Shown: positions 6,872 through 16,496 of the stretch, one piece after another
How the letters are laid out: every line of letters begins with the position of its first letter
How positions within the stretch are numbered: position 1 is the stretch's first letter
Assembly: GCA_018650165.1 (NCBI GenBank)
Contig: JABIGM010000003.1
Span: 1 to 28,601 of the forward strand
Reading direction: 5' to 3'
DNA from: Methanobacteriota archaeon
GTDB lineage: Archaea > Thermoplasmatota > Poseidoniia > Poseidoniales > Poseidoniaceae
Length of the DNA stretch: 28,601 nucleotides
The notes under the pieces: generated by a model
Databases searched by the model: none
Seen by the model: only the letters and a program-made list of their open reading frames with translations
Told to the model about the DNA's origin: nothing
Translations under genes and position numbers: made by a program

Positions 6872-8926
6872 CTATTCTTCTTCTCTAAAAGGCGGAAGAA
6901 CACCTTCAAACACTCGTTTTTCAAAACCTCTAAACATAATACCGGCAGCCACAATTGCACCAATAACGATTCCACCAACACCCCACAATAATACCCTATT
7001 ATGCTCAGTTTCAGAAGCATCTTCAATTACTGGCGCGACCCCCTCCTTTTCTAACATAGGAGATTCCCACCAAATCGTAAAATTTCCAGTTTTAACAATA
7101 GAAATATTTTGAGAAGTCCAAATCGAGGAATTGTCATCAACAGCAACAATTTCAAAAAACCAGTCATGACGATTAATTGGCCTAGGAACCAATTCTTTAG
7201 AAAAATCAACATAACACAAAACAGTGGTTATATTTACACTAACAAAAGCACAATCCCCAAGGTCTACTGAAAAATTTGAATTGACCAACCTCATAACCGT
7301 TACAAAACCATCGTATTCTAAATCATATACTGTGACATTAATTGAAACATTATTTGTAAAGTTCTCCCCTTCTAAAGATCCCGTATTTATCACAACCACC
7401 GGCCCTTCATTTTGCACTAGGTCCGTTATCCCCGTTGCAGCAAGCCCAAAACCAAGCATAGAGCCATTAATTCCCAAATACCCATTTTTGGTTTCTGAAA
7501 TTATTGTTTTTGCTACAACCTCGATTTCTATCCACTCAACCCCAACCAAGGAACTTTCAGGTATTCGAATCATCACCGTTGTCTCATTAGAAGAATTGAT
7601 TTCTAATGGATGCTTCATAGATTCATACCAAAACGTGGAAAAACCAGAATTTGAAAGTTGATCATCCACCGCAAATCTTCCGTCAGAGGTTTTTACAACT
7701 AACCGAAGGTCGTCAATTTCCTGACCCATCGGCCGCGCATTATAGGACATAACAACTTCAACATCTTCACCAGCTATTGGCTTGAATAGATGACTCCACG
7801 ACTCATTTTCTGACAAGAAAGGACCAGCAGCACCAGAACCATTCCAAGGATTAGATTTTAGAGACTCTAAATCTCCTCCGCGGGATTGAATAATTTCCAT
7901 CCAATCTTCCACAGCGTAGGAATCGTGAACAAACACCCCACCTGTAAACGACTCAAGGCTTGGGCGGCCATAACCCTGTATGGAGTCGGGGTCAGCGCCT
8001 GTAAGTGGTTCAGCAGACACTGCTAGCAAAGACCTTAACAAAGGCGCAGATGGAGTAAAACCTTCATTTTCCTGAACCATTTGTTGTAATAATGCAGTAA
8101 ACGAAGCAGCCATGGGCGCGGCCATAGAAGTGCCAGTCATAGAATAGGATCCATTGTTCATACTATCTTGAATTCCATCCGCCCTTGCAGATAAAACATC
8201 AACCCCTGGGGCGGAAATCAACGTACCCCTTCGTCCATTCACATCCGGCCCGTGAGAACTAGAATGCCATATACTTCCATTTTCCTCAGAGTCACTAGCT
8301 GCTACTGAAACTACATTGTATGCATTTGAAGGCTCCAACATCATACCTCCATTTCCTGGCGCTACGAAAACCAAGGACCATGGGTTTTCAATAGTCCATT
8401 CATCAATAAGTCTACTTCTATCAGTATAATTGATAGAATTGTCTCCCCAAGACCAAGAGTTGATTACAGCACCATTGGACGATGCTTCAGCCAACAAGTC
8501 AGTAACATTTTCTGGCGGAGCCCACCCCGTAGAATCAACAATATCCTGTACAATCAATTTCACACCACTAGACATCGAACGGATATCATCGCCGCCTTCT
8601 AAAGGGTCACAAGCAAGAATTCCCGCAACATGCGTTCCGTGTTTGAATTGCTGATGGCCTTGGTTGTCCCAGTCATCGATTGAATCATTCAGTAATATCA
8701 CCTTTCTATGCGAATTTCCCGGAACCCCAACCTCCCCGGTTGAGTTTCTAAAACAATCATGGTCTAGGTCTATTCCAGTATCAGCGACTGCAATTACAAC
8801 ACCACTCCCATTTAATGCCCCCAAACCCCCTCCCTCTTCTTCAATATCCATTATATTGGACGAACTAGAAGCGCTAGACTGCGAGGCTACCATGAGCAGG
8901 AATACCAAAACCACTGGAACCCGCAT
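6872..8926 (-). CDS. Secreted, C-terminally membrane-anchored S8 subtilisin-like serine peptidase (KP-43-like subfamily)
   Basis: Signal peptide; catalytic motifs VADTG, HGTHVAG, oxyanion PGNG and GTSMAAP; HRKV, QDIV and QGYGR segments are KP-43-like; C-terminal TM helix LLWGVGGIVIGAIVAAGIMF. Confidence 0.92.
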   Translation of the reverse strand: MRVPVVLVFLLMVASQSSASSSSNIMDIEEEGGGLGALNGSGVVIAVADTGIDLDHDCFRNSTGEVGVPGNSHRKVILLNDSIDDWDNQGHQQFKHGTHVAGILACDPLEGGDDIRSMSSGVKLIVQDIVDSTGWAPPENVTDLLAEASSNGAVINSWSWGDNSINYTDRSRLIDEWTIENPWSLVFVAPGNGGMMLEPSNAYNVVSVAASDSEENGSIWHSSSHGPDVNGRRGTLISAPGVDVLSARADGIQDSMNNGSYSMTGTSMAAPMAASFTALLQQMVQENEGFTPSAPLLRSLLAVSAEPLTGADPDSIQGYGRPSLESFTGGVFVHDSYAVEDWMEIIQSRGGDLESLKSNPWNGSGAAGPFLSENESWSHLFKPIAGEDVEVVMSYNARPMGQEIDDLRLVVKTSDGRFAVDDQLSNSGFSTFWYESMKHPLEINSSNETTVMIRIPESSLVGVEWIEIEVVAKTIISETKNGYLGINGSMLGFGLAATGITDLVQNEGPVVVINTGSLEGENFTNNVSINVTVYDLEYDGFVTVMRLVNSNFSVDLGDCAFVSVNITTVLCYVDFSKELVPRPINRHDWFFEIVAVDDNSSIWTSQNISIVKTGNFTIWWESPMLEKEGVAPVIEDASETEHNRVLLWGVGGIVIGAIVAAGIMFRGFEKRVFEGVLPPFREEE

Positions 8927-9016
8927 AAACTACCTGAAAACCACATCACGATTGAACCTTCAGGCAAAAGGCTCCGCGCCAGCGCGTTTAAGACACATTT
9001 ACAGGTCGGCGGAAAT

Positions 9017-9289
9017 ATGCAAGCCTTCCGTATCTCCGGTACTGCCCCATTTGGCAGCCAACGACAGAAGTTCAGTATCGACTTAGTTGCAGACTCATCG
9101 GACGACGCAGAACACCGCTGTTATTCCATCATTGGATCACGCCACAAAGCAAACCGCCGAACCATTATGATCGAATCTGTTTCTGAAATAGACCCACGTA
9201 CATCTTCCGAACCACGAATTCTAAACGCATTCCGTGATCAAATTGCTGCAGCCGGTGGTATAATCGCCCCAGATGCCGAGGAAGAGTGA
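9017..9289 (+). CDS. rpl18a: 50S ribosomal protein L18Ae (LX)
   Basis: FRISG...AEHRCYSIIGSRHKANRRTIMIESVSEI matches L18a/LX; upstream of pfdA-ftsY as in the conserved archaeal operon. Confidence 0.88.
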   Translation: MQAFRISGTAPFGSQRQKFSIDLVADSSDDAEHRCYSIIGSRHKANRRTIMIESVSEIDPRTSSEPRILNAFRDQIAAAGGIIAPDAEEE

Positions 9290-9344
9290 ACTTCAACAAT
9301 CGTTGGGTTCTTGACGGGGGGGCAACTCCCATTGGGTGAGAGGC

Positions 9345-9845
9345 ATGGTTGATTCAAACGAACTTCAACGAATGGCCCGCCTGGTTGACATGAACAGGCA
9401 ACGACTTGAAGAGATTCAAATTCAAATAGAAAGAATCGAAGCAGTTCAACTCGAACATGACGATACAAGGCAGGCACTAAATGCATTATCTACAGGTTCA
9501 AGTGGACACATACCACTCGGCGCAGGAGTAATGGTTCCCATCCCCAAGGATGCAACAACAATTGTCGATTTTGGTAGTGGTGTTTTTGGTGAAAGCACAC
9601 CCGAAAACGCCTCCGAAATTGTGACTAAGCGCCTTTCAGACTTAACTGAATTAAAGATACAATTCGAAGCAGATGCAGCAACCCTCACACAAAGAATCGA
9701 GGAACTTGCCTCAACCTTTGAACGGGCCGCCAAAGAAATCACTACCGAAAAAGAGACAGTTGTAGAAGAAACGCCAACTGTTGCAGAACCCCAAACACGC
9801 CGAAGGCGGAGAGGCGTTGGAAGCGAATTAACGCTGGACGACTAG
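9345..9845 (+). CDS. pfdA: Prefoldin subunit alpha
   Basis: ATG 9345 after GGGTGAG; coiled coil - beta hairpins (IPLGAGVMV, IVDFGSGVFGE) - coiled coil; rplX-pfdA-ftsY context. Confidence 0.9.
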   Translation: MVDSNELQRMARLVDMNRQRLEEIQIQIERIEAVQLEHDDTRQALNALSTGSSGHIPLGAGVMVPIPKDATTIVDFGSGVFGESTPENASEIVTKRLSDLTELKIQFEADAATLTQRIEELASTFERAAKEITTEKETVVEETPTVAEPQTRRRRRGVGSELTLDD

Positions 9846-9853
9846 GTGAGGAC

Positions 9854-11224
9854 ATGGGGCTATTCGACAAATTTCGTAAAAAGGTGCAAGATGCAGCATC
9901 GGAAGCGGACACAGATTCATTATCTGTAGAAGCGGGCACAGAAGAAGCCTTAGAAGCAATCAATCAACACCAAGAAATTGAAATCGCCCAACCAGAAGAA
10001 TGGGAGGAATTGGACGAATCTGAAGAATTAGTTTTACCCACCCAGGCCGATGATGATTGGGAAGAATGGGAGGAAGACGACGACGACTTCGTCTTACCAA
10101 CCAAATTATCTCGCAAGGAAAAGAAAATATTGGCAAAACAATCCAAACGCGAAGCAACACAACGTAAAACTCACGAAAAAGAACTCAAGAAAAGAGGCGG
10201 TAAAGAAGTTAGTCGCCTTTCTGGAGCTAAGGTAGACCTTCACATGATGCGCACCACAACAGGACGGCAATTAGTGGAAGTCAAAGCGGCTCCAACCGGC
10301 GGAATTGGGTCTAAAGAAGAAGATGGATTTACCATCGACCTTGGTGGCGGGGTTGTAGAAACCGGCGGCCGAGTAATCAAACAAGGAGACGCACTATCCA
10401 ATCTATTGGAAGAACTCGAGTGGATTATGCTGGAATCTGACATTTCATCAGATGCAGTTTCTACTGTAATGGCCGCCCTTCAGAAAAACCTCGTCGGGCA
10501 ACGTCTGCGAAAAGGAGCAGACTTGTCCAAAGTTCTCGAAGCATCCCTAAAGAGGGCGCTACGCAGTATTTTACAGGCTGGATATTGGGACTTTTTCGAA
10601 AGTATTCAGAAATTTATAGACTCAGGAGATACGCCTGTTGTAATAATGTTTGTCGGCGTGAACGGAACTGGGAAAACAACCACGGTCGCTAAAATCGCTC
10701 ACCTATTACAGGAGCGCGGCAAAACAGTAATTGCGGCAGCAGGCGATACCTTCAGGGCGGGCGCCATAGAGCAACTCGAATCACATTGTGAGAAACTAAA
10801 CATCCGCTGTATCTCTTCTCAAAGAGGGGGAGATTCGGCCGCAATTGCTAGAGACGCCATCGAATCCGCTTCTGCAAAAGGCATTGACGTTGTGCTTGTT
10901 GATACCGCAGGCAGGATGCAAAACAAATCGAATTTAATGGCAGAACTTGAGAAGGTTAGAAGGGTTGCAAACCCCCACCTAACGCTCTTTGTTGGTGACG
11001 CTTTAGCTGGAAATGATGCTGTAGATCAAGCGCGCATATTCCAAGAATTATTGAAATTCGATGGAGCAGTTCTAACTAAATTAGATACCGATGCCAAAGG
11101 CGGCGCGGGCCTTTCGATAGCCCACGCCACCGGTAGACCGATTGTTCTATGCGGGGTTGGCCAAGAGTACAATGATCTGATACAATTTGATCCAGATTGG
11201 TTGTTGGAGCAATTATTCGAATGA
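9854..11224 (+). CDS. ftsY: Signal recognition particle receptor FtsY
   Basis: Acidic N-terminal region; GVNGTGKTTT, DTFRAGA, DTAGR, TKLDTDAKGG and GQEYNDL motifs; SD AGGTGAGG. Confidence 0.97.
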   Translation: MGLFDKFRKKVQDAASEADTDSLSVEAGTEEALEAINQHQEIEIAQPEEWEELDESEELVLPTQADDDWEEWEEDDDDFVLPTKLSRKEKKILAKQSKREATQRKTHEKELKKRGGKEVSRLSGAKVDLHMMRTTTGRQLVEVKAAPTGGIGSKEEDGFTIDLGGGVVETGGRVIKQGDALSNLLEELEWIMLESDISSDAVSTVMAALQKNLVGQRLRKGADLSKVLEASLKRALRSILQAGYWDFFESIQKFIDSGDTPVVIMFVGVNGTGKTTTVAKIAHLLQERGKTVIAAAGDTFRAGAIEQLESHCEKLNIRCISSQRGGDSAAIARDAIESASAKGIDVVLVDTAGRMQNKSNLMAELEKVRRVANPHLTLFVGDALAGNDAVDQARIFQELLKFDGAVLTKLDTDAKGGAGLSIAHATGRPIVLCGVGQEYNDLIQFDPDWLLEQLFE

Positions 11225-11233
11225 GGGATTGGC

Positions 11234-11605
11234 ATGGTAAACGAGTTTTTTGATGACGAAGGAAGCACACATCTCTTCCAATTAGTTCACATGATCCAAC
11301 GTAGTGCAATGATGCACATGGGGATGTTACCTGATAGTGAGGGGAGGGCACATTACAATCTAGGCGAGACCAAGGCAGCAATCGATACATTATCTATGTT
11401 AAAAACAAAAATGACAGGTAATCTTAACCCCAAAGAAAATACAATGTTGAATGGTATTATTTCCGAACTTCAATTACAATTCGTCAAAGCACCAGCTAGA
11501 CAACGCGCACTTGAAGACCAAGTCGCTGAATCTGAAGCAGTCCGTGAAACATTTACAAATCCCCAAGAAGGACCCGTGGAAATTATCACAGACGAAGAAG
11601 AATGA
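11234..11605 (+). CDS. DUF1844-like hypothetical protein
   Basis: 123 aa; NLGETKAAIDTLSMLKTKMTGNLNPKENTMLNGIISELQLQFV resembles the DUF1844 consensus; 9 nt after ftsY. Confidence 0.7.
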   Translation: MVNEFFDDEGSTHLFQLVHMIQRSAMMHMGMLPDSEGRAHYNLGETKAAIDTLSMLKTKMTGNLNPKENTMLNGIISELQLQFVKAPARQRALEDQVAESEAVRETFTNPQEGPVEIITDEEE

Positions 11606-11669
11606 GTGTTAACGCTAATTTAGAGCGGTTGTTTCATGAATATGAAGCCACTCACACACTTTGTTAGCC

Positions 11670-12320
11670 ATGACCCGAGTAACAGATGTTGATGACGAAG
11701 AAGCACCCACAGTGCTCCTGGTTGACAACAACCAAATGTCATTACACCGGCTTTCAATGATCTTTAAACAAAGAGAATTCAATGTTGTAACCTGTGATGA
11801 TGGCGACAAAGCCGTTGACGAATATATCCGCTTGGACCCAGAACTAGTAGTAATGTCTCTAGATATTCCTTCTATGGACGGCCACCTCGCAGCTTTAGAA
11901 ATGCGAGAACACGGTAAAGATTGCAGAATTTTATTCTGCGCCCCAAAACATCAAGCAAAGCTCGCACAAGACGCAACACATTCAGCGGGCGCTATCGGCT
12001 GGGTTGAAAAACCAATTACGGCAGCGTCAATCGAATCAATTTGGCACCTCGTTTTAGGACCAATTCCCGAAGCGCCCGGGCTTGAAGATTTGGACAAAAT
12101 CCATCCCGTAGAAGGGATAGTCAAAATAGAAGCAGACACAGAGCTAACCCCTTTCCCAGAAACACCCCTGGCTCTACCAATTAACCCACTGCCAGTGGCC
12201 GAGCAAATTAAACCAAAAAAGCGAACTAGTAAAACCAAGAGACTGTTTGTAGTATTACTGCTCTTTACTTCTCTTGGAGTCGCTGGGTGGTATGCGTGGT
12301 CGACTGGTGTACTCTCATAG
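11670..12320 (+). CDS. Receiver (CheY-like) domain protein, probably a pseudo-receiver, with C-terminal TM anchor
   Basis: VLLVDNN...PELVVMSLDIPSMDG...ILFCA...VEKP fits the REC fold with Ser at the phospho-Asp position; C-terminal basic patch followed by a hydrophobic helix. ATG 11670 preferred over TTG 11661. Confidence 0.8.
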   Translation: MTRVTDVDDEEAPTVLLVDNNQMSLHRLSMIFKQREFNVVTCDDGDKAVDEYIRLDPELVVMSLDIPSMDGHLAALEMREHGKDCRILFCAPKHQAKLAQDATHSAGAIGWVEKPITAASIESIWHLVLGPIPEAPGLEDLDKIHPVEGIVKIEADTELTPFPETPLALPINPLPVAEQIKPKKRTSKTKRLFVVLLLFTSLGVAGWYAWSTGVLS

Positions 12321-12615
12321 GCTGAGGGACAGCCATCACTGGAATCATTGCAACACGGCCATCTGGCAATCTTTGTTGAATATATCCGGGCATATTTTGA
12401 CTCGGAACCAAGGCGGCTATTTTTTCAACACGACTTCCAGCAGGTGCACGAATAACCTCTGTAATTTTGTAAGACGAAGATGAAAGCAAACCACTGTCTC
12501 CACTTCGCAGTCTAGCATCCAACGTTCTATTATTGTTCCAAACTAACCACAAGAATATGCCAACAGCTGCAGCAAGCGGGATTGCAACAATCCATACAAC
12601 GACAGCAGAACTCAT
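12265..12615 (-). CDS. Small single-TM hypothetical protein
   Basis: 116 aa; N-terminal hydrophobic helix; ATGA overlap with the pyrF stop suggests translational coupling. Confidence 0.6.
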   Translation of the reverse strand: MSSAVVVWIVAIPLAAAVGIFLWLVWNNNRTLDARLRSGDSGLLSSSSYKITEVIRAPAGSRVEKIAALVPSQNMPGYIQQRLPDGRVAMIPVMAVPQPMRVHQSTTHTTQRLQEK

Positions 12616-13439
12616 AGTTTCCTCTCAAGCAAAGCATTCCAAGAAACCGATGCGTATTTTTTTGCAGATTCGGCTGGATTATCGGAGCGATGTATTCCAC
12701 TCCCAACGATAATACAATCTGAACCGGCAAGAATAGCCGCGCGCGGATCACCATACCGTTGCCCCATTTCACCATCTCCTACAGACAAGTTAACCCCTGG
12801 TGTCCAAATCATCTTCGATTTACCAACTTTAGTGCGCAATTCGACCAATTCATCTGGCCTTGAGCCGTTTCCAATAAATCCGAAAACACCCCCGTGTTCA
12901 CGGCCTTTGGTTACAACCTCATCTGTATAATTTGGATTTAACAAATTTCCACGACTAGACATCTGCGCTAAAAGAAGAACCCCACCATTACGACCAACAT
13001 CAGACCACCCTGCCTGTAATCCATCTACAATGTCCGGGCCACTAATTAGGTGCGCTGTAACCAAATCACTCCAACTCCTAATGTCATAAGCACCAGCCAT
13101 TTGGTCACGACTAATTTTCCCAATATCGGCAAACTTCCGGTCTTCAAATATCAGCAAATCCGCTTGGTTAGCGCGGGCACAAAACTCCGCCCAAGCCTCA
13201 GGATTCCAATCATCAACTAAATCAACATGGGTTTTGAGAGCAGCGATATATGGACCAACAGAATCAATTAATTCGAAAAGACCATTCATCGTTCTTCTGT
13301 CTGCGGCCAGACAAACAAGAGTACACTTTCTTGTAGCGACTTCCATATAGCGACGAGCGATTTCAGAAGCAGAATCCGACCAACGTTCACCCCACACCCT
13401 ACCCGGCATGACCAAGGGCACACGCTGAGCCCCGTTCAA
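12612..13439 (-). CDS. pyrF: Orotidine 5'-phosphate decarboxylase (URA3/eukaryote-like subtype)
   Basis: LKTHVD, IFEDRKFADIG (DxKxxD), LLAQMSS, WTPGV and GQRY motifs; TTG start overlaps the upstream TGA (alternative ATG 13409). Confidence 0.93.
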   Translation of the reverse strand: MNGAQRVPLVMPGRVWGERWSDSASEIARRYMEVATRKCTLVCLAADRRTMNGLFELIDSVGPYIAALKTHVDLVDDWNPEAWAEFCARANQADLLIFEDRKFADIGKISRDQMAGAYDIRSWSDLVTAHLISGPDIVDGLQAGWSDVGRNGGVLLLAQMSSRGNLLNPNYTDEVVTKGREHGGVFGFIGNGSRPDELVELRTKVGKSKMIWTPGVNLSVGDGEMGQRYGDPRAAILAGSDCIIVGSGIHRSDNPAESAKKYASVSWNALLERKL

Positions 13440-14401
13440 TCTTGCGCTAATAGTGAACTAATAGAATCGGTAAGAGTTTTAGCAGTTTCATAATTTGGAA
13501 GCGAAAGAATAGAAAAAGAATCACCCACATCATATTTGACATGAGTCCCCAGCGTTCCACGCAACCTTTTAATCGAGAGTTTCGGGTGAAAAACAGCTAG
13601 CAAATACGCCAAATATCTCGGAAGTCTCTTCGTTGCGTACTTCCTTCCAGTAAGGGAAGTTAGAGCCCCACCCACCTCCTTCATCCACATTCCTTCTTTG
13701 TGAATAATGTGTCTAGAGCGGTCATCACCCTGTTCTAACGCATTTACATGAGCGCAGGCAACATCGCGAACATCAACAAAATTAACATGGATATCGAGAA
13801 CAAACGGCGGCCCCGTTGCAAAATGCTTGAGATATGACATAGAACCCTCCAAATGCCTTGTGTGTAAAATCGGACCAAAGACAACAGAAGGGTGGATTGT
13901 AACCAAACGAATAGGCCGATTTTCAGCCCAGGAGCGCATCAAACGCTCACCCTCTGCTTTAGCCAATCCATAGGGGTTAGATGTGATCGTAGCATCATCA
14001 CACCAATCTTGGTTTGTAAAAATCTGTCCATTTTCATATTTTGTGGAACGAATCGCAGCAACTGAAGAAGTATGTATTATTCGTTTTACATCATCCATTA
14101 CCGAACAGAGATTTTCAACTCCGATAACCGATGGATCAACAACTTCAGACTTCACATCCTTAGCCCCAACATATAGGGCAGCAGCACAGTGAATAATATC
14201 CTCACAGCCCCTCACAGCCTCTCGCAAAGACTCAACATCAAACAAGTCCATTTTTACACATTCAATATTCTCGAAACCTGCAAAAATACTGGAGTAACCA
14301 AGGTCTCTCATTCCAGCTCTAACAGAGTAACCCCTCCGGCTTAATTCCAAGACAACATGTGAGCCAATAAAGCCCGATGCCCCAGTTACTAGAACCGCCA
14401 T
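13436..14401 (-). CDS. NAD-dependent epimerase/dehydratase (extended SDR; aldehyde reductase/DFR-like)
   Basis: VLVTGASGFIG, IIHCAA, HTSSVAA, catalytic YGLAK, HPSVVFGP and VDVRDVA. Confidence 0.9.
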   Translation of the reverse strand: MAVLVTGASGFIGSHVVLELSRRGYSVRAGMRDLGYSSIFAGFENIECVKMDLFDVESLREAVRGCEDIIHCAAALYVGAKDVKSEVVDPSVIGVENLCSVMDDVKRIIHTSSVAAIRSTKYENGQIFTNQDWCDDATITSNPYGLAKAEGERLMRSWAENRPIRLVTIHPSVVFGPILHTRHLEGSMSYLKHFATGPPFVLDIHVNFVDVRDVACAHVNALEQGDDRSRHIIHKEGMWMKEVGGALTSLTGRKYATKRLPRYLAYLLAVFHPKLSIKRLRGTLGTHVKYDVGDSFSILSLPNYETAKTLTDSISSLLAQD

Positions 14402-14510
14402 GAAACGGGGATAGGCGGCGCGTGTTTGATGGTATCCACTATATTTTTTGAGACATTAAGCCAGAACGGCGAGTCGTCACATTCTTGCCTTATACTCACA
14501 CCCCAGCACC

Positions 14511-16301
14511 ATGGACAAGGCAGTATTTCTTGCAGGACTTGTCCTATTGACTTCACTTTCAGGATGTTTCGGTGACAACGAAAAGGAAGAAACCGACGAA
14601 GGAACACCGTATTATCCAGACATCAACGATCGTCAATACTTAGATTGGGAATGGAATGGAACATACTCCATGGTTTTCGAAAAGGGCCCATACACAGCAT
14701 TAGATGTTCAAGAAGCAACTTTCGAGGTGGACACTTCCGATATTTGGGAGACCGGCCCGCCAACCTCCAATGTACATCTATCCTACTGGTTACCCTCTAA
14801 CACAGAACTAGGCGAAAAGGTTCCAGTTATCGCAGTAGTCAGTCCGTACTTTTCTTTCGGCCAACCAGGTGATGAATCAGGCGCAACAAACGTAGTTGGT
14901 GCTGGAAGAGGCGAGTTCATATTCGACAATTATATTCCCCATGGTTATGCTTTCGCTCAAGTTTCAGTCTTTGGAACAGAAGAATCTAGTGGATGTTTCG
15001 ATTACAGAGGGGCAGGGGAAGGGCTTGGGATTCATCACGCGGTTGAATGGCTAGGCCAACAAAACTGGTCCAATGGAAACGTGGGGCTGTACGGTAAATC
15101 ATACGAGGGCGCAACCCAATGGGAAGCAGCTGCATTGGGCAGCGAACATCTCAAAACAATAGTTCCAATTTCAGGAACTACAGCATTACACCCCCTACTC
15201 TACAAGAACGGAAGCGCAGAAGCGAGAAGTCAAGTTATGCATATGAACTATTTCGGCAGCACAGTCGACTACAACGGCGACGATTTAGACAATATTTGCC
15301 CAGACATCGTTGAAGGAATATTCGCTGGACCGGTAACTTATGGGGCGGGAGAATTCGACCCATACATGTCCAATTACTATGACGAACGCAGCCACATAGA
15401 CAAAGCGTTTCAAAACTGGAACGGCTCAATTTATTGGGTTCAAGGAATGCAAGATTGGAACGTAGACCCCCACCAGGTATTCGGCGGACCACCGGGTACA
15501 AATTGGTATCTTGATTACTCAGCAGCGGGTTACGACGTCAGAGGAATGCTTGGTCAGTGGGAACACAATTACCCAGATCAGTGGACCAAACATAATGCTC
15601 AAGACTCAGGGTATGGCGGTGAAGCAATTCATAATATGACGCGATGGGATTGGGGCCAGGATTTGTTTGAGTGGTTTGAATACTATCTCAAAGGAGTGGG
15701 CCCAAAACCAGCTAACCATGCACAAATCCAGCGTAACGACGGCCAGTGGCGAATCGAGGAGGTATGGCCGCCACAAGATGCGACCTGGGAATCGATAGAT
15801 CTCTCATCCTGCACACAAGAAGGAAGCAACGTTGGAGGGACATCTGTAATCGGGGGGGGCCAACAAACCGTAGTCATTACATGTGACGGTTTTACTGAAA
15901 ACCTCTTGATAGCAGGCCTCCCGACACTCCACCTCGATGTATCTGCTGCCATGGATGGCGGACAGATATTCGCAGAACTACAAGACGCTGAAACCGGCAT
16001 GCGCCTGGGACACGCTACAATGGATATCAGGTATCACGCAGGAGGTTACGACCCCCAAACAGTATTACCTGGTCAAAGCCTTGTTATGCTCATGGAGTTC
16101 CAAGGTATAGATGCAATTTTACCAGCGGGACACGGCATAAAACTAGTCCTTACCGAAACCGGAGAAGACTACTTGGCCCCAGCGTGCGGAAACACCTGCC
16201 CAGTTACAGTAAACGGGGGAACATTCTCATTCCCACATGTAGCACGCGACGGAGCCAATATTCTAGTCACCCCGCAGAATTCTGAAGCTGCTAACAACTA
16301 A
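14511..16301 (+). CDS. CocE/NonD family hydrolase (S15 Xaa-Pro dipeptidyl-peptidase-like), lipoprotein
   Basis: Lipobox-like LSGC (Cys19); SPY; nucleophile elbow GKSYEG; GMQDWNV; GQWEH; C-terminal PepX_C-like region. Confidence 0.9.
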   Translation: MDKAVFLAGLVLLTSLSGCFGDNEKEETDEGTPYYPDINDRQYLDWEWNGTYSMVFEKGPYTALDVQEATFEVDTSDIWETGPPTSNVHLSYWLPSNTELGEKVPVIAVVSPYFSFGQPGDESGATNVVGAGRGEFIFDNYIPHGYAFAQVSVFGTEESSGCFDYRGAGEGLGIHHAVEWLGQQNWSNGNVGLYGKSYEGATQWEAAALGSEHLKTIVPISGTTALHPLLYKNGSAEARSQVMHMNYFGSTVDYNGDDLDNICPDIVEGIFAGPVTYGAGEFDPYMSNYYDERSHIDKAFQNWNGSIYWVQGMQDWNVDPHQVFGGPPGTNWYLDYSAAGYDVRGMLGQWEHNYPDQWTKHNAQDSGYGGEAIHNMTRWDWGQDLFEWFEYYLKGVGPKPANHAQIQRNDGQWRIEEVWPPQDATWESIDLSSCTQEGSNVGGTSVIGGGQQTVVITCDGFTENLLIAGLPTLHLDVSAAMDGGQIFAELQDAETGMRLGHATMDIRYHAGGYDPQTVLPGQSLVMLMEFQGIDAILPAGHGIKLVLTETGEDYLAPACGNTCPVTVNGGTFSFPHVARDGANILVTPQNSEAANN

Positions 16302-16496
16302 TGCAAAACAATTGAACAATTGCACATTTCTTAGTAAATCAGAGGGAGTTTACATAATAATATAAACACGACCCAGCCATATTATTGTGCATACGAATAG
16401 TATATACAAAATATTTTGAATATTTGCAACAGCAAAACACATCAAAACCGAGCGATTTAATAATATACCGCATTCCATACCATCCGTTCGATAACC

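Noticed and set aside
9317-9330. Small GCAA-loop hairpin between rpl18a and pfdA
   Set aside because: Only a 5-bp stem from a G run; too weak to call without conservation data.
9345-9845. Functional link between prefoldin and the nearby actin
   Set aside because: pfdA sits in its usual rplX-pfdA-ftsY context, so the proximity needs no special explanation.
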